Assembly (NCBI GenBank): GCA_040767255.1 | Contig: JAXGOZ010000005.1 | Location: 26,045-90,044 of the forward strand | Direction of reading: 5' to 3' | DNA: 64,000 bases | Source of the DNA: Caldisericia bacterium | GTDB lineage: Bacteria; Caldisericota; Caldisericia; UBA6126 | In this document: piece by piece, positions 44,010 to 53,897 of the stretch | Position numbering within the stretch: the stretch's first letter is position 1 | How the letters are laid out: each line of letters begins with the position of its first letter | The notes under the pieces: model-generated | Seen by the model: the letters and a program-made list of their open reading frames with translations, nothing else | Told to the model about the DNA's origin: nothing | The model's database searches: none | Position numbers and translations under genes: made by a program

Positions 44010-45122
44010 CATCAGGTTCTTCAACTTTTCTAAAAAAACGAAATAGGATAATTCACTGTTTCCTGTTTCTTCACCCAAAAAAATCTTTGCTTCTTTTCTT
44101 TTTTCCCCAAGCCATTTTGACCAATAAAATAATCATCTGATTCTTCTCGAATCCGACGGGGAATATCATCATGCAGAAGTTTTACACAATACACTTTACT
44201 ATTCCAATCTGGTGAGAGTACTCATGCTTCACTTTTTCCTCGATAATCCATGTAAACAATGGGTGAAAATTCCTCTTGCATGAAGGAAGGACTCGGCTTT
44301 TTAGAAACAACTTTTTTGATGTTTGAGGAAAAATCGGAAACTCATACAAATCAGCTAACAATCCAGTTTCTTGACGTTTTGCTATCAAGATATACTCCTG
44401 TTGTTCAATGACTGCAACTGAAATGTCTAGTACCGGGTTTTTGGATTTTCCTTTTTTCACAGGTAATTATTTTGATTCCCGTCAAGGATAAGCACTACAG
44501 TTCGATTGCAGAGGACAAATCTCGCACAAAGGATTCTGGGAACACACAGAGAGAACCAAACTCCATAAGGACCTTCGGTAAAAGTCTCTTGCCCGTTCAG
44601 CTGGAACATTCTCTTTTTTAAGTACAATCCTAACTTTTTGGTGAATGCAGGTTTTTATATCCGATGGATCGTTCTTCCACCTACTTATAAATCGCAAGGA
44701 AAACGTTACCATCAACTGCTGGATATGGCCAGTTATATGCTACAACTCATGATTGCACTAGCCGTATAATTCTCATTCCTGAGTTGTTTGACAAGTTCCT
44801 CATAGAGTGTTTGGAAAAACTCCATAATACTTTTGCACAATCATTTGTGCTGTGATGTCAATATATTTTTGCTCTAGTGTAATATCCCAAGCCCTCCCAC
44901 AATTTATATAAATCCTCCAAAGAAGCTTTCGCTAAGGATTCTACAGTAGGATATTGTCAAAGGAAGACAGTTTGTAACATAGGTATTATTCGGCTACGTG
45001 TTTGTTGCAACATTGATTTCGGATATCCATACTTTGTAAGAGATCGATCTTTTTCTCCAAGGTAAATCCCGTTTATTGATATGAAACCAATCCGTAGAAA
45101 ACTTCAGTTAAAGTCAAAACAT
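44010..45122 (-). pseudogene. mutY: A/G-specific adenine glycosylase, heavily frameshifted (probably consensus error); ends approximate
   Basis: Fragments [34 protein letters not shown], Fe-S motif C-SQNPLCEICPLQSNC, NUDIX-like KRQETGLLADLYEFP. Confidence 0.85.
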
Positions 45123-45249
45123 GCCTTATAGTAGGTACATGCCTTCGAATGAATGGACAAAGATTCCATTTCATTGTACCTTTTTAGATTAGATTTTTCC
45201 CTTTCTTATTTCATTATCCTTCATAGTTTCATTGTGAAAAGAGATACAC

Positions 45250-46676
45250 CTTCATAGAATCATGAATCTTGCACGATCCAGCAAAAATGTAACGTATGAT
45301 TTGTATAATGGATTGCTGGATCTTCAGCATCGAGGACAAAGATAAACTGCTGGAATGTTTATTGATTGACCAAAAACAATATTCATCTAGTAATTAAAGG
45401 ACCCAAGGACGCGTAGCTGAAGTTTTTCATCAAGACATGCGCTTTCTGAGTATTCACGGTAAATGTGGTGTAGCACAGGTACGATATCCTACAACCATTA
45501 TGGTAAGCACGATCCTCAACCGTTTTATAATAGCAGCAGTGAGCGTTGGTCTAGCCCACAACGGTCACATATTAAACGAAGCTGATGTTCGGAAAGCTTT
45601 AGAAGAAAAGCGTATTTATTGCGATTCTGACTGTGATGCAGAAACGATTCTAAACCTTTTTTCCTATTACTTCAATCAATCCAATCAAAAAAGTGTGAAA
45701 GAGAAATGTTTTGAGTCTGTTTCAAAGATTATGAATATTTTACTTGGATCCTATTCGGTAATTGCAGTGATTCGAGGAGAAGGAATGTTGGTTTTCCGAG
45801 ATCCTCACGGAATTCGTCCTCTAGTCTACGGAAAAAGTAAAGATTGCTGGGCATTTGCATCGGAAAAGCGTTGCAATTGAAAGTATTGTCGATGATGTAC
45901 AAAATGTAAAATGCGGGGCTATTTTTATTGATTTACAGATTACAAGCAGAATCTCGCATAATCAATGCCAAACAACCTCAACATTGTATGTTTGAATGGA
46001 TCTATTTCTCCAGGGCCACTTCAAAAATTGAAGGTATCAGTGTTAATCGAGCGAGAGGTAATCTAGGAAAACGCTTAGCTGATCTGTATCTCAGGAAAGT
46101 CCTCTCTATGAAAGAGCTCAAGAATTCAAATGACAAAATTATTGTTTCACCCATTCCTGAGACTTCCAGACCAGCAGCTGTTGTATTTGCAGAAAGAATT
46201 GGGTGCGAATACAAAGATGTGCTGGAAAAAAACCGTTTCATTGGACGTATTTTCATCAAACCCAACGAAACTATTCGACAGCACGAAGTTGCTGCAAATC
46301 GTAAAGCAATTGAAGATGTGGTAAAAGATAAAATTGTTTTTTTTAGTAGATGATTCCGCAGTTCAGGAACTACTTCAAAAAGGGATCATACAAAAAATCC
46401 CGCAACAGAGGAGCGAAAGAAGTTCACCTTTTTTCAACCTGTCCTCCCTTAATAAATCCATGCCACTATGGAGTGAATTTTCCTACCAAAGAAGAGCTCA
46501 TCACCTTTACAAATTCTGATCCTGAAGAGATTGCAAAACTCATTCAAGCCGACTCAGTAACGTATATGACAGTTGAAAAGCTTCCAATTTGTTTACGAAT
46601 ACCTAAAGAAGAACTGTGTACTGCTTGTTTAGGTGGAGAAAACCCAACACCTTTATCTCAGAAAATTGAACTGTAA
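45250..46676 (+). pseudogene. purF: Amidophosphoribosyltransferase, multiply frameshifted (probably consensus error); start approximate
   Basis: LQHRGQ, VRYPT, AHNGHI, RDPHGIRPL, CMFEWIYFSR, LVDDS, PCHYGVNFPT, CTACLGG. Confidence 0.88.
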
Positions 46677-46695
46677 AAGAATTTACACTCTTGAT

Positions 46696-47078
46696 CTACC
46701 CTTCAGGTAACTCTATTTCGATATCTTCTTCTTCGTCCTCTTCATTCGTCTTCTTCATCCATAGAGTCAGGCTTATCAGGATAAACAATACAGTAGCCGT
46801 CATTGATTTTGACTAAGCTAAATTGGTTTTCTTCGTCTTCCACTAAATCTTTCAGATATCTCACATAGTCAATGTAATCGATCCAATCACCACATTGTTC
46901 CATTATAACGGAATCTAGTGCTTCCATGTAGTTTTGTAAAGTTACGCAACGGGATCCTCATATTCCGACTCAAACTCATCTAACACTTGATCTAGTTCAT
47001 CAGAAGATACATCAACATGAACATTTTTTCCAAGGCGGTTTGAATTTCTTCATTCGTTGTACATCTACGTATGGACAT
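46696..47078 (-). CDS. Small acidic hypothetical protein (frameshifted)
   Basis: SD AAGGAGG plus ATG at 47078; D/E-rich coding in shifting frames, including ORF 46742..46927. Confidence 0.45.
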
Positions 47079-47218
47079 CGTGTCCTCCTTACTTTGTTTT
47101 TTATAGTTTCAGATAAAAAGAGAGTTTTGTAAAGCAAAAAGAAAACCTGGAACTGTAATTTTTTTCTGCTCTCGTGCTATGATAAAAGTATTCATTTACA
47201 GAAAAAGAGGTCTGTTAG

Positions 47219-48947
47219 ATGACAAATATACATCCAACATATCCTGTCTACCAAGAAATTGATGTGAAAGTACCGATGAGAGATGGAATTTTTCTTTCTA
47301 CTGATATCTTTCTACCACTCAAAAGAGTTCTTTTCCTGTTATCCTAACACGAACTCCTTATGGAAACAATGATCCACAAAGACTACAAATGAAACAGTGG
47401 TTTGTTCAACGTGGATTTGGTTATGTATTTCAAGATTGCAGAGGTAGGTATGACAGTGAAGGCGATTGGGAACCGTTTTCAGAAATGAAAGAAATGATGG
47501 TTGGGATACTTTGGAATGGATCTCTTCACAGCCATTTTGTGATGGAAACATAGGAATGACAGGAGGAAGCTATGAAGGATACACCTCTTGGATACAAGCT
47601 CCTAATTCTCATCCTTCTCTAAAGGCGATTATACCCATAGTGCCACTGCCAGATCCTGTCCTGAATGTACCATACCAAAATGGAGCCTTTTTCTGGAATA
47701 TGATTGTTTGGGGATTGTTTGTTCATGGAAAAACGAACCAGAATCTTTCCTTTGTAAACTGGCCTTCAATCTATCAATATAGGCCTTTAGAAGATATGGC
47801 AAAAATCGTTGGAATGGGAAACAGCAAAACATGGAAACATTGGATGGAACACTATCAAAAGGATTCTTGGTGGGAAGAAGTCTGCTACATGCATAAATGG
47901 AACGAAGTAAACATCCCCATTTTACATGTGTGTGGTTGGTACGACGATGATGGGATCTCCACCTATCTCAATTATCCAGGAATGAGAAACAATGCAAAGA
48001 GCAAGAAAGCTTGTGATCAACAAGAACTCATTATTGGTCCATGGCCACATAAGTTAAACAAAAGCACCCAATGTGGAGATCTAGATTTCGGATCTGGTGC
48101 TCTGATTGACTTAGAAACGGAAATGTTTCTATTCTTTTCTAGACACCTGACAGGGAAAGAATACTCTCAACATAGCATTTCTAAGCTTCCGTACAAAGAT
48201 CCTAAAGATCGCTGTCGCATATTCATCATGGGGGATAATCAATGGTACAGTTTTCAAGATTGGCCAATACCCGAAGCAGTAAAAACCAAGTTCTATATTC
48301 ACAGCAATGGAAACGCCAACAGTATTTTTGGTGATGGTGTGTTATCGACTCAACCTCCAACAAATACTGAGCTACCAGACCACTTTGATTACGATCCGCA
48401 AAATCCTGTCCCCTATGTTACTGATCCAGTAAAGTTACAATTGGGAGAGGCTTGTGATCAACAATCCATTGAAAGAAGACCGGATGTTCTGGTATATTCC
48501 ACAACTCCCTTGCAAGAAGACTGTATAGTTTGCGGTAGAGTCTTGTTGAATCTTGTGTGTAGTTCGTCCGCACCGGGTACAGATTTCACAGCCAAATTAG
48601 TAGATGTCTACCCCTGTGGTAAAGCCATTCAGATATGTGATGGAATTCAAAGAGTAGAATACCGAAATTCCCTGGAAAAACCAACCTGGATCAATAAAGA
48701 TGAAGTTATTACTCTCGAAATTGATCTATGGGCAACAGGAATACGTTTTTTCAAGGGACACCAGATACGACTAGAAATTAGCTCTTCTGCATGTCCTAAG
48801 TTTTATCCTCACGCCAATACTAAAGAAAATCCCTCCAAGGCAATTCAAACTGAAATTGCCCATCAAACTGTTTTTCATTCATTAGGAAAAGAATCCTATT
48901 TGATACTCGATGTAATACCCGAAACATTGATGGAAAGAGCAATATGA
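47219..48947 (+). CDS. CocE/NonD-family (peptidase S15-like) serine hydrolase; 5' frameshifts
   Basis: VPMRDG, PVILTRTPYG, QDCRGRYDSEG, nucleophile GGSYEG, GWYDD, IIGPWPH, TDFTAKLVDVYP. Confidence 0.9.
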
Positions 48948-50242
48948 GACTTACAGAATGCGAAAAAAGAATGCTCCAGGGTGAATATGGTCAAATACGT
49001 GCAAAAGCTTTAGATTACCTGGTGCAATTTGGAGAGGCTTTTGGAGCAGAAAAACTTGTTGACATATCCTACAGTCACTATCCTTCAGAAATGGCCATAT
49101 ATGACGGTTTTTGTGAAGATGTTGAGCAATATGCAAACCAGAATATCCAGGTAGCTGTTCCTACTACTAGTTCAACACTGTGTTGCGATATAGATGATCC
49201 TAGTTTAACAAACTGTCCATTAAACCTTTCCATTCTTCAAGAAAAAACAAAACATGCCTTCCAAAAAATGGGGATACTTGAAACGTTTACTTGTACACCC
49301 CAGCAAATTGGCTTCGTTCCTCCTATGGGCAGTTATATCAGTTCTGTAGAAAGCAGTGCTATCATCTACTTCAACAGTGTACTGGGAGCACGTACAAACC
49401 GGGGAGGTTTGTTTACTCGTTATTCGTCTGTTACTGGAAAATACCCCGCTATGGGATATCTATTAGATCAGAACCGATCTCCTTCTTGCTATTGCAAACT
49501 GACATTGAGCCCAAATGATTTATCTCGAATCGACCAATGGTCTATACTTGGCTACTTGATCGGAGAATACGCACAAGATCAAGTTCCTTTTATTCGCTCT
49601 TCTGAAAATCCAAAACCAACCATGAGTCAAATTGTTTCCTTAGGTGCTGCCATGGCAACTTCTGGATCAGTGACATTGTTTCACTGGAAAGGAATTACTC
49701 CTGAAGCAAACCAACACGATACATCCAGATTGAAAGATCTACCCTATCTCCATATATCAAAAAAAGAGGTAATGGAAACACGAGAAAGATTTACAGCAGT
49801 CCAAGAAAACCATCCTATTGATTTTATCGTTTTAGGTTGTCCACACGCAACCCTTTCCATGATACAATATGTAGCTAAAAAAATAGAAGGAAAAACAATT
49901 CATGAAAATGTAGCATTTTGGATTTGTACAAACCGAATGACAAAATTGCAATCATCTCACTTAGGATTCACACAAACACTTGAGAGAGCAGGAATACGTT
50001 TGATTGCAGATACGTGCCCCGTTGAGTCACATATGCGAAGCAATATTTGTTCTCGTTTCAGTATTCCTTTCCCATGTTATCAAACAATGGCTTCCAATAG
50101 TCTAAAAATGCTCCATTATTCGAAGAATCTTCTTGGTGTAAAATCAGTTTTACTATCTACAGATCAATGTATTGAGAGTGCAATCGTAGGAAAACGTGTT
50201 TCTATGGATTGGGAAAAGGGTGATTGGAATGAAAGAATATAA
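48944..50242 (+). CDS. Aconitase X catalytic (large) subunit, DUF521
   Basis: MRLTECEKRMLQGEYG, TCTP, ESSAIIYFNSVLGARTN, LGAAMATSG, GITPEA, LGCPH, DTC. Confidence 0.9.
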   Translation: MRLTECEKRMLQGEYGQIRAKALDYLVQFGEAFGAEKLVDISYSHYPSEMAIYDGFCEDVEQYANQNIQVAVPTTSSTLCCDIDDPSLTNCPLNLSILQEKTKHAFQKMGILETFTCTPQQIGFVPPMGSYISSVESSAIIYFNSVLGARTNRGGLFTRYSSVTGKYPAMGYLLDQNRSPSCYCKLTLSPNDLSRIDQWSILGYLIGEYAQDQVPFIRSSENPKPTMSQIVSLGAAMATSGSVTLFHWKGITPEANQHDTSRLKDLPYLHISKKEVMETRERFTAVQENHPIDFIVLGCPHATLSMIQYVAKKIEGKTIHENVAFWICTNRMTKLQSSHLGFTQTLERAGIRLIADTCPVESHMRSNICSRFSIPFPCYQTMASNSLKMLHYSKNLLGVKSVLLSTDQCIESAIVGKRVSMDWEKGDWNERI

Positions 50243-50654
50243 AGGGAAAAGAATTGTAAAGGGTTCAGTTCAATCGGATATTATCTCTGCACCTTGCATC
50301 CTTTGTCCACATAGTCTTTCTTTTTTAGGAGACATTGATAGTCATAGTGGCAAAATCATACGCACCGATAGTCCATGTAAAGATATATATATTTCTCAGC
50401 AGATACTAGCTTTTACATCATCTAAAGGATCCTCAAGTGGCTGTGTCATTTTGTCATCTTTAGCAATACAAGGCAAAGGTCCTGTAGCAATCATTACCTT
50501 GCAACCAGCAGATTACAACTTAGTAGAAGGAGCAATTTTAGGAGATATTCCGTTTATAGCAGAAATAGACCCACAGTTTTTTAGAGAAATACAAACGGGT
50601 ATGCGGATAAAAATACAGGGAAATACCTGTGTTCTTGTTGAAGAAAAACAGTGA
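50229..50654 (+). CDS. Aconitase X swivel (small) subunit, DUF126
   Basis: LSFLGDIDSHSG, SKGSSSG, GPVAII, GAILGDIP; overlaps the large subunit gene. Confidence 0.88.
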   Translation: MKEYKGKRIVKGSVQSDIISAPCILCPHSLSFLGDIDSHSGKIIRTDSPCKDIYISQQILAFTSSKGSSSGCVILSSLAIQGKGPVAIITLQPADYNLVEGAILGDIPFIAEIDPQFFREIQTGMRIKIQGNTCVLVEEKQ

Positions 50655-50668
50655 TATGAGTAACTGTT

Positions 50669-51664
50669 TTATTCGCTTGAATCTGTTACAGTCGGTATAT
50701 CTATGATAACAGCCTGATTTATAAGGCTGATTTTGAAAGTAATCCTTTGTTCGTTCATCCGGCCAGGATTGGCTTCATCCAAGCCGATTGGTGCAATAAT
50801 ATGAAATTCACCCGCAACAAGATCGTACTCATCTTCTGTTAGGTATAGAATTGCATTCTGTTCTGTCTTCCCCTTGGGCCAACTGGCAACAAATTTACGT
50901 AAAGGAAAGGGTGTAGGATTTTCGGTATTGGGTTCTTGAGATAAGGATCCGTCTTCTTGAATATACCAGTTTACCATACCCTCTTCTCGAAACTCGGAAG
51001 GTTCTTCCATAGAGGCATTAAAAAGAATCAAAAGATCTTGTGGTTTTTGAAGCTCAGTACCACGAATTTGGGAGGCATCAAAAGAAACCCAATCTTCATC
51101 CATTAAAGTTTTGTAATAGATTTTTTGGTTGGAAATAATAATTTCTTTTTCAGACACAGCTGTTCCAGTATTGTCGTCAGTTAGCATTTTGCAATAGATA
51201 TCACCATTTGAACTCAGCATATATTTTGTATACGTGATTTCTTGATCTGGCATGTTAATGTACTGCTGCCACGATGATTGGAATAAGAAAGATTGGTAAT
51301 GTTGAAGCTCCTTAGTTGCTGTATTTATGATGTTGACATAAGAAAGAGGTTCCAAAACTATTTTATACTCTTTCTTTTCGATAAATTTTGAAAAGGACGT
51401 TGGTTTTGTTAAGGGCTTATAGCCCTGTTTAGAAATAAATATCGATTGCTTAGGTACCATGGAGGTATGAATCTCAAACATACCATTTTCGTCTGTTTCT
51501 GTAGAATTTTCACCTAAAGTTATGACTGCATTTGCCACGGGTTTTTGTGTAAGTGCATCCTCCACTGTACCAGTCACATGGACTCCGGTAGAGAATAAGA
51601 ACCACACCAGAACGATTCCGATAATGAGAATCCCTAAGAGGATAAGTAAAACTTTCTTTTTCAT
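50669..51664 (-). CDS. Membrane-anchored protein with carboxypeptidase-regulatory-like domain and a LolA/LppX-like beta domain
   Basis: N-terminal TM; VTGTVEDALTQKPVANA...TDENGMF...KQGY; EIIISNQKIYYK...WV. Confidence 0.65.
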   Translation of the reverse strand: MKKKVLLILLGILIIGIVLVWFLFSTGVHVTGTVEDALTQKPVANAVITLGENSTETDENGMFEIHTSMVPKQSIFISKQGYKPLTKPTSFSKFIEKKEYKIVLEPLSYVNIINTATKELQHYQSFLFQSSWQQYINMPDQEITYTKYMLSSNGDIYCKMLTDDNTGTAVSEKEIIISNQKIYYKTLMDEDWVSFDASQIRGTELQKPQDLLILFNASMEEPSEFREEGMVNWYIQEDGSLSQEPNTENPTPFPLRKFVASWPKGKTEQNAILYLTEDEYDLVAGEFHIIAPIGLDEANPGRMNEQRITFKISLINQAVIIDIPTVTDSSE

Positions 51665-51699
51665 ATAGCACCCTGAACATTATTTTCTTTTAGTATAGT

Positions 51700-51741
51700 A
51701 AAAAAGCGGGAGTAAATAAAACTCCCGCTTATCTTTTTTTT
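51700..51741. terminator. Intrinsic terminator, potentially bidirectional
   Basis: Perfect 10-bp stem AAGCGGGAGT/ACTCCCGCTT with 7-nt loop, A-tract on the left and T-tract on the right; just downstream of the 51752..55556 operon. Confidence 0.8.
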
Positions 51742-51751
51742 GTGAGACGAA

Positions 51752-52198
51752 TTAATTCAGAGAATCAGTAATTTTCCAAACACCGTCAATTTTCGTTAAA
51801 ACATACTGGCCATGAGGTTTTGTATCTCGACCTTTTTCTCTTGCTATCAGGGTGAAGGCGACAACTTTTTGACTTTGTCGTTCCGTAGGAGTAACTTTTT
51901 CTATCTTTACACCAATATAGACGGTACCATGGTTTCGAGCATTTTCAAACTGAGCTTGAAAAGTTTCTACGTCTTGTTTGGTCTTCTGATAATTTCCTCC
52001 CAGTAGCTGAAACGCTTCTTCATATTGTTCTTGTGCAATATGGTGGAAATATGTTTTTACAGTTTTTGCAGGAGATGGGGCGTATATGCTGTAAGCCCAC
52101 CAGGCTAATAAAATTACAAGTATTCCAACACCAAGAATATACAAAATTGTTCTTGGATGCTTTTCAGAAGAGTCGGTAGCGGTTGTTTTCTTAATCAT
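51752..52198 (-). CDS. Single-TM protein with NTF2-like (DUF4878-type) external domain
   Basis: TM, then PSPAKTVKTYF...YEEAFQLL...LTKIDGVWKI. Confidence 0.7.
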   Translation of the reverse strand: MIKKTTATDSSEKHPRTILYILGVGILVILLAWWAYSIYAPSPAKTVKTYFHHIAQEQYEEAFQLLGGNYQKTKQDVETFQAQFENARNHGTVYIGVKIEKVTPTERQSQKVVAFTLIAREKGRDTKPHGQYVLTKIDGVWKITDSLN

Positions 52199-52210
52199 GA
52201 TAATCTCCTT

Positions 52211-52813
52211 CTATTGCTGAGGGACTAGTTTTTGTGCTTGGTTTTTATTGTATTCGGTTGTTACATTCCCTACAATTTTCCAACCTTCACCAGGAATCTT
52301 TTCACATAGATAAGCTCCAACACTGGTAACCAATGATCCCTGATAAAACACATCAATTTCAACAACTACAATTCGCTGATTCTTTTCTTTGCCTTTCAGC
52401 TCATCGATAACACGAATCGCACGGGTACGTGTGCCGGATCGTACAGCGGTATCATAATCAGAGGCAAATTTTTCGTAAGATCCTCTACTCTTTTTGTAAT
52501 CTTTGGCAATAAAAGAATATGCTACAGAATAGTTTTCATTCATAAGTGCATAGAAGAAATTTCGAACTGTTTTGGTGGGAGTAGGAACAACCAGATAAAG
52601 AACAAAAGAAAGGAAAAACAGAATCAAGGCTCCTAGGACAATATTACGAAGCCATCGAAGACACTTTTTTGGTTTCTTGGATGACGAATCTTTGTTTTCT
52701 TCTTTGGATGAATCTGTTGGTACTATTTCGGGATTGGTGTTTAAAACATTCTCTTCTGTGACATTTTGTTGCAATGAATGTGAGTCTTGATCTTCGTAAG
52801 AAACGTATGTCAT
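52211..52813 (-). CDS. Paralogous single-TM NTF2-like protein
   Basis: ATGA overlap at 52810-52813 with SD GAGGAG; PTPTKTVRNFF...YSVAYSFI...GEGWKI. Confidence 0.7.
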   Translation of the reverse strand: MTYVSYEDQDSHSLQQNVTEENVLNTNPEIVPTDSSKEENKDSSSKKPKKCLRWLRNIVLGALILFFLSFVLYLVVPTPTKTVRNFFYALMNENYSVAYSFIAKDYKKSRGSYEKFASDYDTAVRSGTRTRAIRVIDELKGKEKNQRIVVVEIDVFYQGSLVTSVGAYLCEKIPGEGWKIVGNVTTEYNKNQAQKLVPQQ

Positions 52814-53886
52814 TTGGTAACTCCTCGCAAACGATCCCACCATTCCAGGAAATGAGTCCATCGATTTCCTACAACCATGCGACGTTCATATTGATCCGAA
52901 AGGCGATTCATGAATCCATTGACAACCTGGTCTTGCTTTTGATAAATGACATCTTCTTCAATAAGATCCCGTACTTCTTCATAGGTATTTTTCTTCTCTT
53001 CAGTTCTCTCATCAACTCGCAAAATATACCATCCATCTCGAGCTTGAAGAAGATAATACTCACCAAGTGCTAAATCTGGAAAGAAGACATTGTTTGCTAT
53101 TTCTGGATACAGCTCTTCTTTTGTTACCCAGCCCATATCGCCTTTGTCAGACATTACAGTAGGACTAATCGATTTTTCTTGAGCAAGTTTTTCGAAATCT
53201 GCTCCTTCTAAAAGCTGATCCATAATTTCTTTAGCAACATTCTCTTCTTCAACAACAATGAAATGAAGATTGGCTTTTGCAGGTACATCGTAATATGGGG
53301 CAAACTCGTTATAATGAGCTCGCATTTCTTCTTCTGTTGCCTCTACTCCATTTCGGATAGGTTCCAAAACTTTGTCGTAAATGGTTTGATACTTCATATC
53401 ATTCCAAAATGAACGCCATGGAATTCCATAATCAGATAGCGTAGCTCGAATGTCCACTTCTTCTTCGGGATTGGAAGCATACGATTTAGCATATTCATCA
53501 ATTGTCGCTTGTACTTCTTCGTTTGTAACAGTAATGCGATTTTCTTGTGCATATAGATACACACATTTTAGTTTGATTAAATTTTCCAGGGCTTTAGCTT
53601 GAACGCGCTCTTCGGTAGTAATACGATCTTCTTCATCCATGTTTTTCAGTTTTTGCTGATAATCGGGAGGAGTTAGTCGTTGCTTTTCGATTTCAAGCTC
53701 TTGTGCAGTAATATCAAGCGGACCAACGCTCATAACGATATTCTTCGATTGATAGAACCATGTAAAGAGAAAAGCTAAAACAAGGATCGGAACAATAATG
53801 AATAGCATTTTCCACTGGATTCTTCTGGAAGAACCATCTGAAACGATACCCTTGTTTTTGTTACGGAGTAATTTGTCTTTTTTCAT
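52810..53886 (-). CDS. PrsA/SurA-like foldase (SurA-N plus one parvulin domain)
   Basis: TM anchor; ITVTNEEV, GADFEKLAQEKS, KGDMGWV, TYEEVRDLI. Confidence 0.85.
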   Translation of the reverse strand: MKKDKLLRNKNKGIVSDGSSRRIQWKMLFIIVPILVLAFLFTWFYQSKNIVMSVGPLDITAQELEIEKQRLTPPDYQQKLKNMDEEDRITTEERVQAKALENLIKLKCVYLYAQENRITVTNEEVQATIDEYAKSYASNPEEEVDIRATLSDYGIPWRSFWNDMKYQTIYDKVLEPIRNGVEATEEEMRAHYNEFAPYYDVPAKANLHFIVVEEENVAKEIMDQLLEGADFEKLAQEKSISPTVMSDKGDMGWVTKEELYPEIANNVFFPDLALGEYYLLQARDGWYILRVDERTEEKKNTYEEVRDLIEEDVIYQKQDQVVNGFMNRLSDQYERRMVVGNRWTHFLEWWDRLRGVTK

Positions 53887-53897
53887 AGTTTATGTCC

